DNA of 64,000 bases, taken from positions 75,640,001-75,704,000 of the forward strand of contig CM059439.1 of NCBI GenBank assembly GCA_030390025.1, in the 5' to 3' direction. Every line of letters begins with the position of its first letter. Positions within the stretch are counted from its first letter, which is position 1. Source of the DNA: Squalus acanthias. Taxonomy: Eukaryota. The notes under the pieces are model-generated. The model worked only from the letters and a program-made list of their open reading frames with translations, did not search any database and was not told where the DNA came from. Positions 24,176 through 37,671 of the stretch are shown in pieces. The translations under genes were made by a program, and so were the position numbers.

Positions 24176-27100
24176 GGATTTTCATAAAAATTCTGCCCCA
24201 TTGAAATTTCCAAATTTGTTTTAGTGCATTAGAGACATTTATTGAGGTGTTCTCTTCTTCGTAACTACTTATAAGCCAGGAATTCCCATTACCAATAATT
24301 TACCTTACCTCAAAGTCAAGAAATTGCCACAATCTCCACTACAGCAATGCTTCTGAAGACATTTATAAAAGATCAACTTTATATAGTAGAAATTAAATTA
24401 ATATTGGATTTTAGAAATTCAAAACTTGAAGATTGGTAACTATCCTCACTATCCTCATTTCTTCCACCATCTTAAGACTCCAATCAATGTTATAACTATA
24501 GTAATGACTTAGCTCACTTCCTTTACAACCAAACACGAAGACTAAATGTCCAGAGACTGTTATTAGCCAAGTGGCCAGATGTCTAGTGTTTGAGCATTGA
24601 CCTCTGACCGAAAGACCTTGGTGAGAATCACAACCTTGACTGAAACCCAAATTCAAGTTCCTTTTGTGACTGGCCTGGGGCAGGATGAGAGGAAGAATGG
24701 CAAGAAAAGAGCCAAAGACGTTACGCCATCTCAACCGTGTTGTATAGTGTGGGAGGTGGGTCTCCTTCAGCTGCATAGGAGTATGTCAACCAAAGATCTG
24801 CACTGGCAGCATTTGGCACACTAGATATACATAAAAGGAAGGTGTATGAGAGCAAGGAAAAACAAGGAGAAAGTATTTAATATCTGCAACTCTTCTAAAG
24901 CATAAAGCCAGGTTTACAACCTGCCAACCAAGGGTCCTATTCAATCCAGGTATTAAATAAATCAAAATGAAGTTGAAAGTCTGTCAGTCAGATCCAGTTA
25001 ACTGAAGGGACCACAGCACCTTTCTGTAAAAGAATGTCATTTTGCATTGTGTGTGTGTATTTTTACTAATCCATGAACCGAGTCACATGATTGGATAGAA
25101 CGCAGCCCTGAAATGGCCCATCAGTCATCTCCTGTATGAAGCTTATGCCTACAGGATGACACACTCGACTGTCATCATCGTTTGGCAGCACATTGGGTTA
25201 TTGTAGACAGTGGGCACCTCTATTTTAAACAACGTTCACTTATCCGAGTCATACCAAGGAAAAGTTAATGCATTTTGGCACTTGTGCATCATCTACTTAT
25301 TCTTAGAACAGCAACCGGACCACAAAGATTTAAAAAAAAGACACTTCTAGAAAAGCAGCTGACCAGCTATTCCACAACACTATGACCAGAAGGCAACTGA
25401 AATCCAGCAGTTTAGTCATCCCCCTCATTCACTTACCCCTGCTTTTAATATGAGTATCTTATCAGCAGTTCTTTATTTCTCTGGTCACAGCACTGTGAGC
25501 TTACTTTGGGTAGCTAGCTGGCACATCTGCTCACACCAATCTTATGGACAGTGGATTAAATCAAACACTTGGACTTCTAGACCTGCCAAATGTAATGCAA
25601 CAATCATTTGTTTTCAGATTTAAAGTGTCAGATGTTTTTGATGCAAGCCGGTCTTAAAATAAACACAGCTCCTGCATCACTCTCGCCCATCATATACGTC
25701 AGTCTTTAGCACTTTGTCAATGCGGAGAGCTCTGCGCTTCCTGTGTTAACATGGTCACATTCAACTCCTTCCCCTCCACCCCCAATGAAAATTGTTTAGT
25801 TGCTTAAGGGATTGTGTTAATGGGCAGGAGTTTACAAAATAAAAGATATATGAGACAGCAGGGGTTCATATCAACAGTTCTTCAAAAAGGGAATAAAATT
25901 GGCCATAGAAGGTCAGGTTATTACAACTGATCCATGAACACTCCAATGGACCAGTATCTTAAACAAGAGGAAAGAAAGCAATGGGGGAGAAACTTCACCA
26001 TGGCTAATAATTTACAGACTATTCATCAAAGAAGACATAGCCAAAGTTCACTTGGCCTCGCACTGATGTGATATTTAGAAAGGATGTGTCACGTCAAATA
26101 AAATGAAGCAGAAAATGATGAAACAAAGACACTTCTACTTGGCCATTTAGACAAAATTGAAAACCACAAATGTGAAGGAAATGGTAGCCAAGAAATTCCC
26201 GAGTATAATATCACAACACTAGAAGCCGCCATTAATACAGAAGAACATATGGCGCTCTGGTGCCAGTGGTAAATGGCGATTCTCAGGACTGGAAAATACT
26301 GGATTTGATTCCAGTCAATATGACTTTAATCTTTCCCTAAAATAGGTGATTTAAAAATATATCAAATTTGGAATACAATTTGACACATGCACTGACAGGT
26401 AAAATAATTTTATAGATCTCAGTCAACACTGCAGAGTTAAATTTAAATCAGTCATTTTTTTTTTAAATATAAAAATTGAACGTTCTTCTGAATTCTAAAT
26501 TGTTGCATACATGCTCTCCACTCCAGCCACAAGCATTGAAAGTCAATAAAATTAAGAACCCATTGACTCAATGATTTACAGGCGCAAAGTACTAGGAGCG
26601 AACATAATGTACAGGACAGGAAGTCCTGTTAATAGAAGGACTGTATTTTCAGTCCAATTGAGTAACGCTTGTTTTCCCCATCTGTTAGGCGGTTTCACTT
26701 AAATAGGGTAAGAGAAATGGGTTGAACTTATCACTGAAGTCTTCTTCAGAGACACACAAGGAGGAACCCAAAGCAGTGATATGCCCATGTGAATCAGCTA
26801 CACTTCTAACTCAAAACAGCAAAAGCCACTTCAAAAAGGGAATCTGGAGAAGGTCCTGGTTCACATTATCAATCAACTTGAAGACTGGCTCTCACATCTG
26901 AAGTTCTATTTACAACACACATCCCTTTTCCTATACTACTAATTTGGCACGATATCTAACATTTTCCAGTCTCAGCCTTTTACCCTACAAGGTTTCCTAT
27001 ATCTTGAAACTGGTGGAATGCACACACAATATAACCTTGTCCAATATCGATGTCTTAGTATCAGCGATAATGTCCCCATCTATGCAGGAACGGATGGATC

Positions 27101-27489
27101 TCCCCCCCACCCCCTAGAGATTTTTACAATTTGGACGTACAACACTTGGGTTAAACAAACATTGTCAAAAAATGTGTCTCAGACAAATTACTTCCCCTTC
27201 CTCAGTCATTTGAAAATTAGGATTTACTTTGCCAGGCATGAACATTACATTTTAGGAAAAAGTTTATGGCAGAGAGAGTTTCTCTCAAGCTACTTCAAAT
27301 TACTGATGTTAAAATACAAGATTTTACTGATAAGCTCAGGATTTAAAACTAAATTTCTATATCATGTAAAATTACCACCAATCATTCCTCTACCTACTTA
27401 TAATTTCGAGAGTGCGAATCAGTAATTCGCTGGGTAGTCCACTTTATGCAGGAATGAATAACACTGCACCTTTAACATAGAAAACATCA

Positions 27490-28012
27490 AGGTAATTGAT
27501 AGAGGCATTTGAAAAAAATGAATGCTGAGCCAAGGAAGAGATATTAGGAGGGGCGAGGAAAAGCTTGGCTTTAACGAAAGGGTCTTGTAGGAGGAGAGTG
27601 AGGAATTCAAGAGTGTGGGGATTGGTGGATGAAGGGATGGGGGAAGCAGAAGAGGCTAGAGTCAGAGGAACAGAGTTTGGGGTGCAGAGCTGTAGGAAGT
27701 TCTGGAGATAGGAAGGGACAAGGCCATGAAGGGAGCCAATGTAGGTCAGCTAGGACAGGGGCGATAGGTAAGTAGGACTTGGTACGGGATAGGATACAGA
27801 TAGCAGAGTTTCGGTTGAGCTGAAGCTTAGAGGGTGAAAGATGGGAGGCCGGCCAGGAGAGCACTGCAATAGTAGAGTTTAGCAGAGGTGACAGAGGCAT
27901 GGATGAAACTATCAGCAGCACCTGGGTTGAGGCAAGGGCTGAGATGGGCAATGTTACGGCGATGGAAGTGGGTAATTTTTTGATGGAGAGAATTATGGGG
28001 TCAGAAACTCAT
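27490..28012 (-). mobile_element. L2-type LINE 3' fragment
   Basis: Minus-strand remnant KLQLNRNSAICILSRTK..PIAPVLADLHWLP. Confidence 0.8.
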
Positions 28013-28014
28013 CC

Positions 28015-28905
28015 TAATCTCTTGTATGCAGATCTATTAAAAATGTCGGCCGCGATCTTACCTGAGGAGGCGCGTTGGAGCGGGACTGCTGGTTTCCGGG
28101 TTCTAGTCCCGCCCCCAGTGACGTCTGACGAATAGATGCTATTTTCCCTTGATTGGCCTCGTTAAGCCCGCCCTGCGGGCTTTCCGGCCAATTAAGGGAA
28201 AGCCGGTGCCAGATGAAGTCAGTGCATGACGCTGCATCTGCCGGCTTTCTTAAAAGGGACAGGCCCCATAACTTTTTGACAGATGAATTGTCAGTGTTTG
28301 ACATCATTGAGGTGCTGACAATCACTGTCCAAAGGTGAGCCTCTTTGCACCCAGGCTCACCAATGACTCTATCCTTAGGAGAAAACAGATGGCAGCTGCA
28401 TGTGAGATTGCAGAAGCCATCTGTCAATTCTCCGATCAGATGAGGCTTCACAGAAACATCAAATCTTGTCACCTGCAGATACATATAAACAGAATAAAAA
28501 TATTTCTCACTACATTCTCTCACCTGTCATACTTACCTGTGCACCAATCACACTACCTCTGCAGCTGTCATTTGCACACTTACACTGCAGCAGACCCACT
28601 GCTCGCCTCGCTGACCCTGGCGGGGTTTCCCGCCGTCAGGAAGGCTGCATCAGCAGACTGAAAATGGGGAAAAGCCTCTTAACTGGCTGTTAACAGGCAG
28701 TTAATTGGCTCTAATCCCCTTCCCGCTGCTAGGAGACGGGTCCCTGTGCGAGTCGGGGACCTGCCTCCTGGGAAGATGGTTCGGAGGTGGGTTGGGACCC
28801 GCTCCCAATTTTTCCCCATTTTCCCAGCAGTCCCGCCTCCAAACTCGCCTCTTCAGGGCTGGTGTCATCCAGCCCCTAATCTCCATTCTGCAGGTGAATT
28901 TTCAG
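28015..28905. mobile_element. GC-rich non-autonomous DNA transposon remnant (possibly PIF/Harbinger-like)
   Basis: CpG-rich ends, terminus GGTGAATTTTCAGCC similar to other MITE ends in the window, no coding capacity. Confidence 0.4.
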
Positions 28906-29309
28906 CCTCTGACAATGGCCAGGGAGGTTGATGGAATCAAGCAAGGGTACACAACTATCTGGAATAATTTATTATTAGATCCAAGCAGGCCCAAGAGGCA
29001 TCACTTTAAGCAGTATCTCCCAAGTTTAATATTTTATTTTAAATAAAGGATTTCCATGGAGTTTGTCCAGTACTATTTTGAAAATCCAAATGCAGCTCCC
29101 ACTCAGTATGGAAGTACTGCAGTTCATCTTTCTCAATAGACACCGGCCATGTTGGTTTTTGCCCATCACTTTGGATTACCACTTTACAAACCAGTTTCCA
29201 CAACAGGAAAATTCACCTGCAGAACGGAGATAGCTTTTTTTTTTAATAAAAAGATCTGCATTTAAAAGATTAAAGGGAAGTAGTTCACATTGCAAGTACT
29301 GTCTAAAGG

Positions 29310-29590
29310 ATGCACTGTAACAAGTCGCCATGGCTTCTTTGGCAGCACCTCCTAAACCCGTGACCACCGCCACTTAGAAGGACAAGGGCAGCAGGTGCAT
29401 GGGAACATCACCTCCAGGTTCCCCTCCAAGTCTCACACCATGCCAACTTGGACACATTCTGCCATTCCTTCATCATAGCGGACTCAAAATCCTGAAACCA
29501 GCTACCTAACAGCACTGTGGGGGTACCTTCACCATACAGACTGCAGTGGTTCAAGGGCAACTAGGGATGAGCAATAAAATGCTGGCCTTC
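29310..29590 (+). mobile_element. Non-LTR retrotransposon 3' fragment
   Basis: Decayed copy of the family at 32180-32580. Confidence 0.7.
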
Positions 29591-30081
29591 AGAGAATTAA
29601 TTTAAAAAAAAACATTGCTTTATTACCCAAACAGACAGGAAAGATTTGTATTTACACAGCACCTTATCGCATCCTCAGAAATATCCCACATCACAAATAA
29701 TTAATTAATTAGTTTGCATTTGTGTGACTTATGTAGGCAAAAGTGGCACCCATTTTCCAACAGTAAGATCCCACAAAGAGCAGTCTGCATTGTGGGTGCT
29801 GGTTGAGGGAGGTATGTTGGCCAGTACATGGAACTTCTTGCTTTCCCTTTCAAGTATTACCACAAGATCTTAAACCTTCATTTAAAGGACTACATCGCCA
29901 ACAATGCAGCATTCCATTCGATCATCTGCCTAGACTATATACTGAAGGCCTACAGTTGAGCAAGAAACTATAATTTTCTTACTTCAATTGAGCCAAGTGG
30001 GCACTGGTTGACTATTTAAATAGAGCAATACAGGATATAGCTGTATATAAAATTGTATTTCACCTGGTTCTGAGCAACAGT

Positions 30082-30535
30082 TAGCTGTGGCTCAGTGGTA
30101 GCACTCTTGCCTCTGGGTCAAAAGGCTGTGGGGTTCAAGACCCAATCGAGACTTGAGCACCAAAAAACTAGGCTGATGACGTATTACGGAGGGAGCGCTG
30201 CATTGTCAGAGGCACTGTCTTTTGGATGAGACGTTAAATCGGGGTCCTGTCTGCTCTTTCAGGTGGCTGCAAAAGATCCCGTGGCACTATTCGAAGAGAG
30301 CAGGGAAGTTCTTCCCGGTGTCCTGGCCAATGTTTATCCCTCAACCAGCACCTAACAACAGATTATCTGGTCATTGTCACATTGCTGTTTGTGGGACCTT
30401 GCTGTGCGCAAATTTGCTGCCACGTTTCCTAAATTACAGCAGTGACCACACTTCAAAAGTACTTCATTGGCTGTAAAGTTCTTTGGGACGTCCTGAGGTT
30501 GTGAAAAGCGCTATATAAATGCAAGTTCTTTCTCT
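30082..30535 (+). mobile_element. Full-length tRNA-head Deu-domain SINE (SacSINE1-like)
   Basis: A-box TGGCTCAGTGG, B-box GGTTCAAGACC, Deu core, L2-type tail GCGCTATATAAATGCAAGTTC. Confidence 0.88.
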
Positions 30536-32179
30536 TTTTTAAAAAAAAAGTCACTTCAGAAGAAAGATCACTTTTTTTTCCCCCAAAGGGTACAGTTTAC
30601 CAAGAGAGGAAGTGTTTAACACAGTTACAGATCACAGATATCAAAACCCAAAATGCTTTAGGAAACTAGGTCGGTATCTCTGTTCAATATGTCTGTTTTC
30701 ACTGTGGGTGGGAATACTAAAAAAAAAATTCCATACGAGGTACAAAGGCTAGAAGACAGATATCACAAAATCTTCAAAAACCAGAGGAAGACTAGAAAAA
30801 TAGAACATGGAGTTAAATTTTTCTACTCAAACAATATAAAAGTAACGTCAAAATGAAGATAACCATGACACACACACACACACATAGGATGAAGTTAGTC
30901 AGCAGTGTTTGTTTGGTGGTGTGTTTCCAGGGACCAATGTACGACACAGCGAAAGCCAAGTGTCCATCGCCATTGTTTATTGCACAACATCGCACATGGG
31001 GAATTTGGTTAAATCGGTTTACTGCTGTTTTTACTCTATGGTTCAGGGCAAGGGTGGGAGGGAAGTGCATTGGCATCGTGTGCAATTGTACAATAAGGGC
31101 ACCGCATGCCCGATCTCTCACTTCCTGTTGGTGGATGGGAACGTTGAAGGTCATGATGCTCAACTGCAACATGACTATGGGGCAGGCTCAATGGACCAAC
31201 TGGTCTTTTCCTGTCGCTCAGTTTTTTATACTCGGATACTCCCAGGGGGTAATTAATATAGTTTAAGTGTTGTATTTGAATGGGCGGTAGGAGGTCATAG
31301 CTTATTGCAGCAATTGACTGGACAAGTATTTTTTTCCCATTAATTCAGGAGGGTTTGTAACATTTGCAGAACTGAAGTCAAATTGTAGAATAATAAGGTT
31401 TTCATCTTCACCTTTCTATTATCAAAAACATGAACATAATAGTTTACAAAATGTCTTTACTCAGCATGTAATGTTTGCTACAATGGCAGATTGATCTCTC
31501 AGCTGGATTTACTTTTCATTTGTGGAAAGATGTGGTGCCAAGAGGAAATTAGTGAACTAGTTTGATGCGCCTTGGAATGTAAACAGAATTTATTACAACC
31601 AGAAAGAAACAGATGATAAAAGTCAGACAAAACCATAGGATCCATAAATCCAATGTACTCACACCTTATCCAATAGATCACATCTTCAATAGAATTCAGC
31701 AGTTATGTCTTCACCTATACAAGGACTAGTAGCCACCCCAATTCTGAAGCATGCAAAAGGATAGAGGACATATCTTGTAGGGTCATCTTCATTCATCAAA
31801 TGATATAGGATTACAACATGGCTTGATGGGTTCTGGGCAAACATTGTGCAGAGTAAACATGTACAATTGTAATCATGACATTACAGATAGGCAGTGCCAC
31901 ATGTCTTTTACTCCAGCACTGTATATAAAGTCCCAGGGCCTTGCACCAGTTTGTTTTGACCTGAAGACAATGTGAAACTAACCAAGCACTTATCATTCTA
32001 GAGATACTACAGAATATAGAGGGCATCACAAGATAGGATGAACTGGTTTAGTACACCACTGGACAAAATCATCTTCATTTTGTTATAAGCTCTGAACAGA
32101 TGCCACAATCACAAGATGGCAAGTTCAGAAAGGCAGCCAGCCTTTTGATTACAGATTTCCAGAATTTAAAAAAAATTAA

Positions 32180-32580
32180 TTCCAGGATGTGGGTGGCGCT
32201 GGCAAGGCCAGCATTTATTGCCCATCCCTAGTTGCCCTCGAGAAGGTGGTGGTGAGCCATCTTCTTGAACCGCTGCAGTCCGTGTGGTGAAGGTACACCC
32301 ACAGTCCTGTTAGGTAGGGAGTCCCAGGATTTTGACCCAGCGACAATGAAGGAACGGTGATATGCTTCCAAGTCAGGATGGTGTGTAACTTGGAGAGGAA
32401 CTTGCAGGTGGTGGTGTTCCCACGCGCCTGCTGCCCTTGTCCTTCTAGGTGGAAGAGGTTGCGGGTTTGGGAGGTGCTGCTGCTGAAGAAGCCTTGGCAA
32501 GTTGCTACAGTGCATCTTATAGATGGTACCTGCTGCAGCCATGGTGTGCCAGTGGTGGAGGGAGTGAATGTTGAAGGTAC
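32180..32580 (-). mobile_element. Non-LTR retrotransposon 3' fragment
   Basis: Minus-strand remnant SFIVAGSKSWDSLPN..QRFKKMAHHHLLEGN* followed by a 3' UTR with AATAAA. Confidence 0.8.
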
Positions 32581-32838
32581 CAGCCCTACTGCCCCCTCCC
32601 ACTAGAACATCTAGTCATTTCTTAAAGAAATGTAGAAAAAAGTGTCTTGTACTGGATGAAAACCACACACAATCTCCTAGCAACAAAAGCATTGTTTCAA
32701 TGAGTAAGTGGCATAAATTCTAATCCACTGCTTTGGGTTGGTTGTCAGCTTTGAAATTTCTGCTCACCATTTAAAGCTGAAGTTAGCACTTGTGTGTCCA
32801 GTTGAGTTTCTTCAGTCCTAACAAAATTAAATATACTC

Positions 32839-33083
32839 GTGGCGGATCGCCACCTATACGGGCATTATCCACTTTTCTGTCCGTGGACAATATATCGAGC
32901 ACCTTGCCTTTGAGGCACCTTGCCTTTAAGGCAGGAGAGAAGAAGTGGGCGGGGCCTCAGGATTTTTCCAGAGAATTCTGGGAGCAGTCTGTTCAGCCAT
33001 TTTGGACCATGTAGTTGTATTAAAAAGTCTGTTTTTCCACACATGGATTCAGTCTTAATTCGTGTTTCGCGGCAGCCTCAACA
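32839..33083 (+). repeat. 5' LTR
   Basis: Matches 36920-37167 with 5 substitutions and 2 small indels by manual count; ends in CA. Confidence 0.95.
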
Positions 33084-33084
33084 T

Positions 33085-33098
33085 TGGTGACCCCGACG
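33085..33098 (+). promoter_or_regulatory. Primer-binding site complementary to tRNA-Trp
   Basis: TGGTGACCCCGACG is the reverse complement of the vertebrate tRNA-Trp 3' end (CGTCGGGGTCACCA). Confidence 0.85.
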
Positions 33099-33123
33099 CT
33101 CAGAACGTATTCCGAGCACTGCA

Positions 33124-33714
33124 ATGGCGGACACGAACGCAGTTTCCGTGAAACTGCCGGAGTTTTGGGAAAACCAGCCCGAAGCCTGGTTTCTCCAAAC
33201 TGAATCCCGCTTCCGGCTGCGAAACATCACCACAGATGGGACGCAGTACGACTACCTCGTCACATCACTCGGTAGCGCCACAGTTTCGAAGGTTTGGACA
33301 GCGCTGCAGAACCCACCAGAGGAAGGCAAGTATGCACATCTCAAGGCAGCGCTCCTTAAAAAATGTACGGCCTCGGCATATCAGCGAAACTGCCACCTCC
33401 TCGACCTTCCAGGCCTCGGTGATGCCTCACCGTCAGACCTCCTCTCCCACATGCTCTCCCTCACCGACGAGAGCCCACGCGGATCCCTCTTCCGCACGCT
33501 ATTCATCCGCCAGCTCCCGCTCAGCATCCGCCCAGCGATCGTGGCCTCCGGCCTCACGAACCTGGAAGCCCTGGCCGATGAGGCCGACATGCTGCTGTCC
33601 GCTCACTCCAGCCGCGACGTCACTCCAGAGCTGGCAGCCAATGCCTGGGCGCGCCCCTCACCGGCCACCACAAGGACCAGCCACCAGGCCCAAGGGGCCT
33701 TCGCGCCCCACTAA
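33124..33714 (+). pseudogene. gag: Gypsy gag (frameshifted before its C-terminal zinc finger)
   Basis: VKLPEFW..QPEAWF.Q.E..F N-terminus typical of this Gypsy group. The CYYH-x9-C-x3-C knuckle follows in another frame (~33724-33780). Confidence 0.85.
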
Positions 33715-36700
33715 CCCGGGCCACTGTTACTACCACGCACGGTTCAGCGCCAGGGCACAACGGTGCACACCTCCCTGCTCTTTCAAGTCCGCCCCCGTAC
33801 CAGCCCCCGCGATGGCCGTGGGCCACGCGGGCTCCCTGCTGTACGTCACGGATGACAAAACCGGCCGCCGGTTCCTGTGCGACACTGGGGCTCAGCACAG
33901 CATCATCCCGGCCTCCTCCCTCGACATCCAAAAGGGCGAACGAGGACCGGCGCTGGCTGCTGCTAACGGCTCGGAAATCTGGACGTATGGCACCCAGACA
34001 GTCACCATCGACCTCGCTGGTCACCGCTACCGATGGGAGTTCATCACTGCCAAGGTGCTCTCCCCTCTCATTGGCGCAGATTTCCTGCGCCCCCACGGCC
34101 TACTGGTAGACATTCCTAGTCACCGCCTCGTGGACATGAACACCATGTCCCCCATCCTGGGCGCCATGGCCCCCCGTCAACATGGCGTCACAGTGCCACG
34201 CCCGGGCCACAGATGACTACTCGGCACTCCTGGCCGAATTCCCGGCCCTTACCAATCCGACCTTCTCCGCGGAGGCCGCCAAACACGGGGTGGAACACTT
34301 CATCCCCACCACAGGCCCCCCCAGTGTACGCCCACGCCCGCAGGCTGGACCCGGCCAAACTGGAGATCGCGCGGACCGAGTTTGCCACCATGGAACAGCT
34401 CGGCATCATCCGCCGCTCCAACAGTCCCTGGGCCTCCCCACTCCACATCACCCCCAAACCAGGCGGAGGTTGGCACCCCTGCGGGGATTACCGCCGCCTC
34501 AACGACGCCACCACCCCTGATCGGTACCCCGTGCTGCACATTCAGGACTTCTCGGCTAGACTGGCCGGCCGCTCAGTCTTTTCCAAGGTCGACCTGGTGT
34601 GCGGATACCACCAAGTCCCCGTCCACCCCGCGGACGTCCCCAAGACGGCCGTAATCACCCCCTTCGGCCTGTTCGAGTTCCTGCGGATGCCCTTCGGCCT
34701 CAAAAACGCGGCCCAGGCATTCCAACGGCTCATGGACTCGGTCCTTCGAGACCTGAAGTTCCTGTTCGTCTACCTGGACAACATCCTGGTAGCCAGTTCC
34801 TCCAAGCAGGAACACCTCGAACACCTTTGCATCCTGTTCGGGCGCCTCAGCGACCACGGGCTCATCCTCAGCCCAGCCAAATGCCAGTTCAGCCTGGACA
34901 AGATCGACTTCCTCGGCCACCACATCACCCATGCTGGGGCCATTCCCCTGCCCACCAAGGTGCAGGACGTCCAACAATTTCCCCGCCCCATCACCAAAGG
35001 CCTCCAGGAGTTCCTCGGGATGGTGAATTTCTATAACCGCTTCATCCCCAAAGCAGCGTCCCTCATGAGGCCCCTGTATGAAACCCTCCGGGGCAGGAGC
35101 GGCAAGATGGCAGTCGAATGGACGGCAGACGCGTCCGCCGCCTTCGACTCCACCAAGACCGCGCTCGCCAACGCCACCCTGCTCGCGCACCCACGGCCCA
35201 ATGCCAGGGTAGCGCTCACCATGGACGCCTCCGACCACGCGGTCGGTGCCGTGTATGAGCAGTGGGTCGACGGCTCCTGGCAACCACTTGCCTTCTTCAG
35301 CCGCCAACTACGCCCCCCGGAGGTCAAGTACAGCACCTTCGACCGCGAGCTCCTCACGCTGTTCCTGGCGGTCTGCCATTTTCGGTTTTTGCTTGAGGGC
35401 CACCCCTTCACTGCGTTTGTCGACCACAAGCCTCTGACATTCGCAATGGCAAAGACAACCGACCCCTGGTCCGCCAGGCAGCAGCGCCAGCTCGCGGCAG
35501 TGTCAGAGTTCACCACAGACATCCAACACGTCTCCGGCCGAGACAATGTGGTAGCCGACTGCCTCTCCCGCCCCGCCATCCACGCCGCACACCTGGCAGT
35601 CGACTACGCTCAACTGGCAGCAGACCAGATCACCGACCCTGATCTGCTCTCCGCACCTACCAACCTACTAGGGCTACGCCTGGCCGACGTCGCCTGTGGC
35701 CCGACCGCAGTCACGGTCAAGTGCGACATATCCCTCTCTCAACCTCGGCCAGTCGTCCTGGCGCCGCCGGGTATTCGACATTCTCCACAACCTCTCCCAC
35801 CCCGGCGCATCCATCAAATTGGTAGCCAACCGCTTTGTCTGGCGCGGCCTTCGCAAGGATGTGCGTACTTGGGCCAACTCCTGCCTAGCCTGCCAACGGG
35901 CCAAGGTACAGCAACACACGAAAGCACCCCTCGAGGAGTTTACCATCCCCTCGCGGAGATTCGACCACATCCACGTGGACATCGTCGGGCCCCTGCCGCA
36001 AGGCGACACGCACTTGCTGACGATCGTTGACCGCACCACGCGCTGGCCCGAGGCAATTCCACTGACCTCTACCACCACCGCCGACATCGCCAGAGCCTTC
36101 GTCAGCACCTGGGTCGCACGGTTCGGCGTCCCCTCCGACATGCCGTCGGACAGAGGTCCGCAATTTACCTCTGAACTCTGGACCGCTATCGCACGCAATC
36201 CCGGGGTGACCATTCACCGCACCACAGCGTACCACCCCCAAGCCAACGGACTGTGTGAGCGGTTCCACAGATCCTTGAAGGCATCTCTTCGAGCCAGCCT
36301 CCAGGACGGCGCCTGGACCGACCGACTTCCGTGGGTCCTCCTCGGCCTGTGCACCGCGGTTAAAGAAGACCTCCACGCATAGGCAGCAGAGCTCGTGTAC
36401 GGTCAGCCACTGCGCGTACCCGGCGAGTTCCTGCCCACCGCCACGACACCCTGGTCAGCCGACCAGCAACGCCACGACTTCGCCTCACCGGCGCTGCAGT
36501 TCGCCCCGGTGCCCATTGCCCGACACGGCGAATCCACCTCACACATCCCACTAAGCCTGCACCAGGCACGGTTCGTTTTCGTCCGGCACGACGCCCACCG
36601 CGGACCCCTTCAACCCCCGTACGACAGGCCCTACAAGGTGCTACAGGCTGGGGACAAATTTTTCACCCTGCAAGTGGGAGACAGGACCGAAAAAGTGTCA

Positions 36701-36898
36701 GTTGACCGACTCAAGCCAGCACACTCGGAGCCCGGTGAGCAGGTCCTTGTAACTCGTCCACCACCACGCGGCCGACCTGCCCTCAAGCCGGTTCACCCAG
36801 CGGCTCCACACCCAGCCGTTCCACGTCCACCGGCATCCTACAAGAGCCGCTCTTGCCGGCCCATCAGACCGCCGCACCGTCTCGTCCACACCTCCTAA
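33715..36898 (+). pseudogene. pol: Gypsy pol (protease, RT, RNase H, integrase) with frameshifts and an internal stop
   Basis: Protease FLCDTGA; RT DYRRLN, MPFGLKNA, YLDN (YxDD mutated); RNase H DAS..DRELL; integrase H-H-CxxC and D-D-E. Frame changes occur near 34180, 34320 and 35755, with an in-frame TAG at 36380. Confidence 0.92.
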
Positions 36899-36918
36899 GC
36901 GGATTCTGGGGGGAGCTG

Positions 36919-37167
36919 TGTGGCGGATCGCCACCTAAACGGGCATTATCCACTTTTCTGTCCGTGGACAATATATCGAGCACCTTGCCTTTAAGGCACC
37001 TTACCTTTAAGGCAGGAGAAGAAGAAGTGGGCGGGGCCTCAGGATTTTTCCAGAGAATTCTGGGAGCAGTCTGTTCAGCCATTTTGGACCATGCAGTTGT
37101 ATTAAAATGTCTCTGTTTTTCCACACATGGATTCAGTCTTAATTCGTGTTTCGCGGCAGCCTCAACA
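36919..37167 (+). repeat. 3' LTR preceded by a polypurine tract
   Basis: GGGGGGAG at 36908-36915, then TG...CA. Confidence 0.95.
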
Positions 37168-37671
37168 CTCTACACTTTCTCTTCAGCAGTTTACATCCCT
37201 TGACTAGACAGCAAGGCCCTTTGAATATGGCTCCCCATACAAACACTTTTTGGTACCTTCAGGTCTTTCAAACTTCATAATTTACATTTTGTTAAGTACA
37301 GCACACCACAGATACAAAGCTGAATCAGCAAGAGTGAGGACTGTGTATTCTGGTGAACTTAATGATCCTAAAGGAGCAGATCCTCTAAAGCAGCAACTGG
37401 ATAACCATGACAGCACTCAATACTAACAAGGTACATCAAACAAGTGATAACAGAGCTCCTGGAACAAGTGACATCAACATAATATTAATAAACCACAAGT
37501 GGAAACTGTGGACATAAACGCAGGGAAAGCAACTGATAACAAATATCACATTAAGGAGAAATCAAAACTAGGGCAATATCCTCACTCCCTGGGGAGCACG
37601 AACAGTGAGGAGGCCAACTTAAATGTGGTTAGAATTTTTCTTTTTTTTTTATAAAAAAAAGCGTGTAACTG

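Larger units (their letters stand above)
32839..37167 (+). mobile_element. Full-length, mutated Ty3/Gypsy LTR retrotransposon
   Basis: Paired LTRs, PBS, domain order gag-PR-RT-RNaseH-IN, PPT. The TSD is imperfect: only CTC matches on both sides, and the 5' terminal T is missing. Confidence 0.97.

Noticed and set aside
30082-30160. tRNA genes (also ~20990-21080 and ~50348-50420)
   Set aside because: The A/B boxes belong to SINE heads continuous with SINE bodies; no full cloverleaf.
31655-31725. Minus-strand exon-like segment with an AG acceptor and GTGAGT donor
   Set aside because: Stops in all three frames and no supporting neighbouring exons.
33381-36569. Long antisense and alternate-frame ORFs within the Gypsy element
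   Set aside because: Expected shadows of GC-rich coding sequence; no recognisable domains.
33124-36898. APOBEC-type G-to-A hypermutation of the Gypsy element near APOBEC4
   Set aside because: The inferred changes include both C>T and G>A and sit in CpG contexts, which fits methylation decay. Proximity to the gene is irrelevant.
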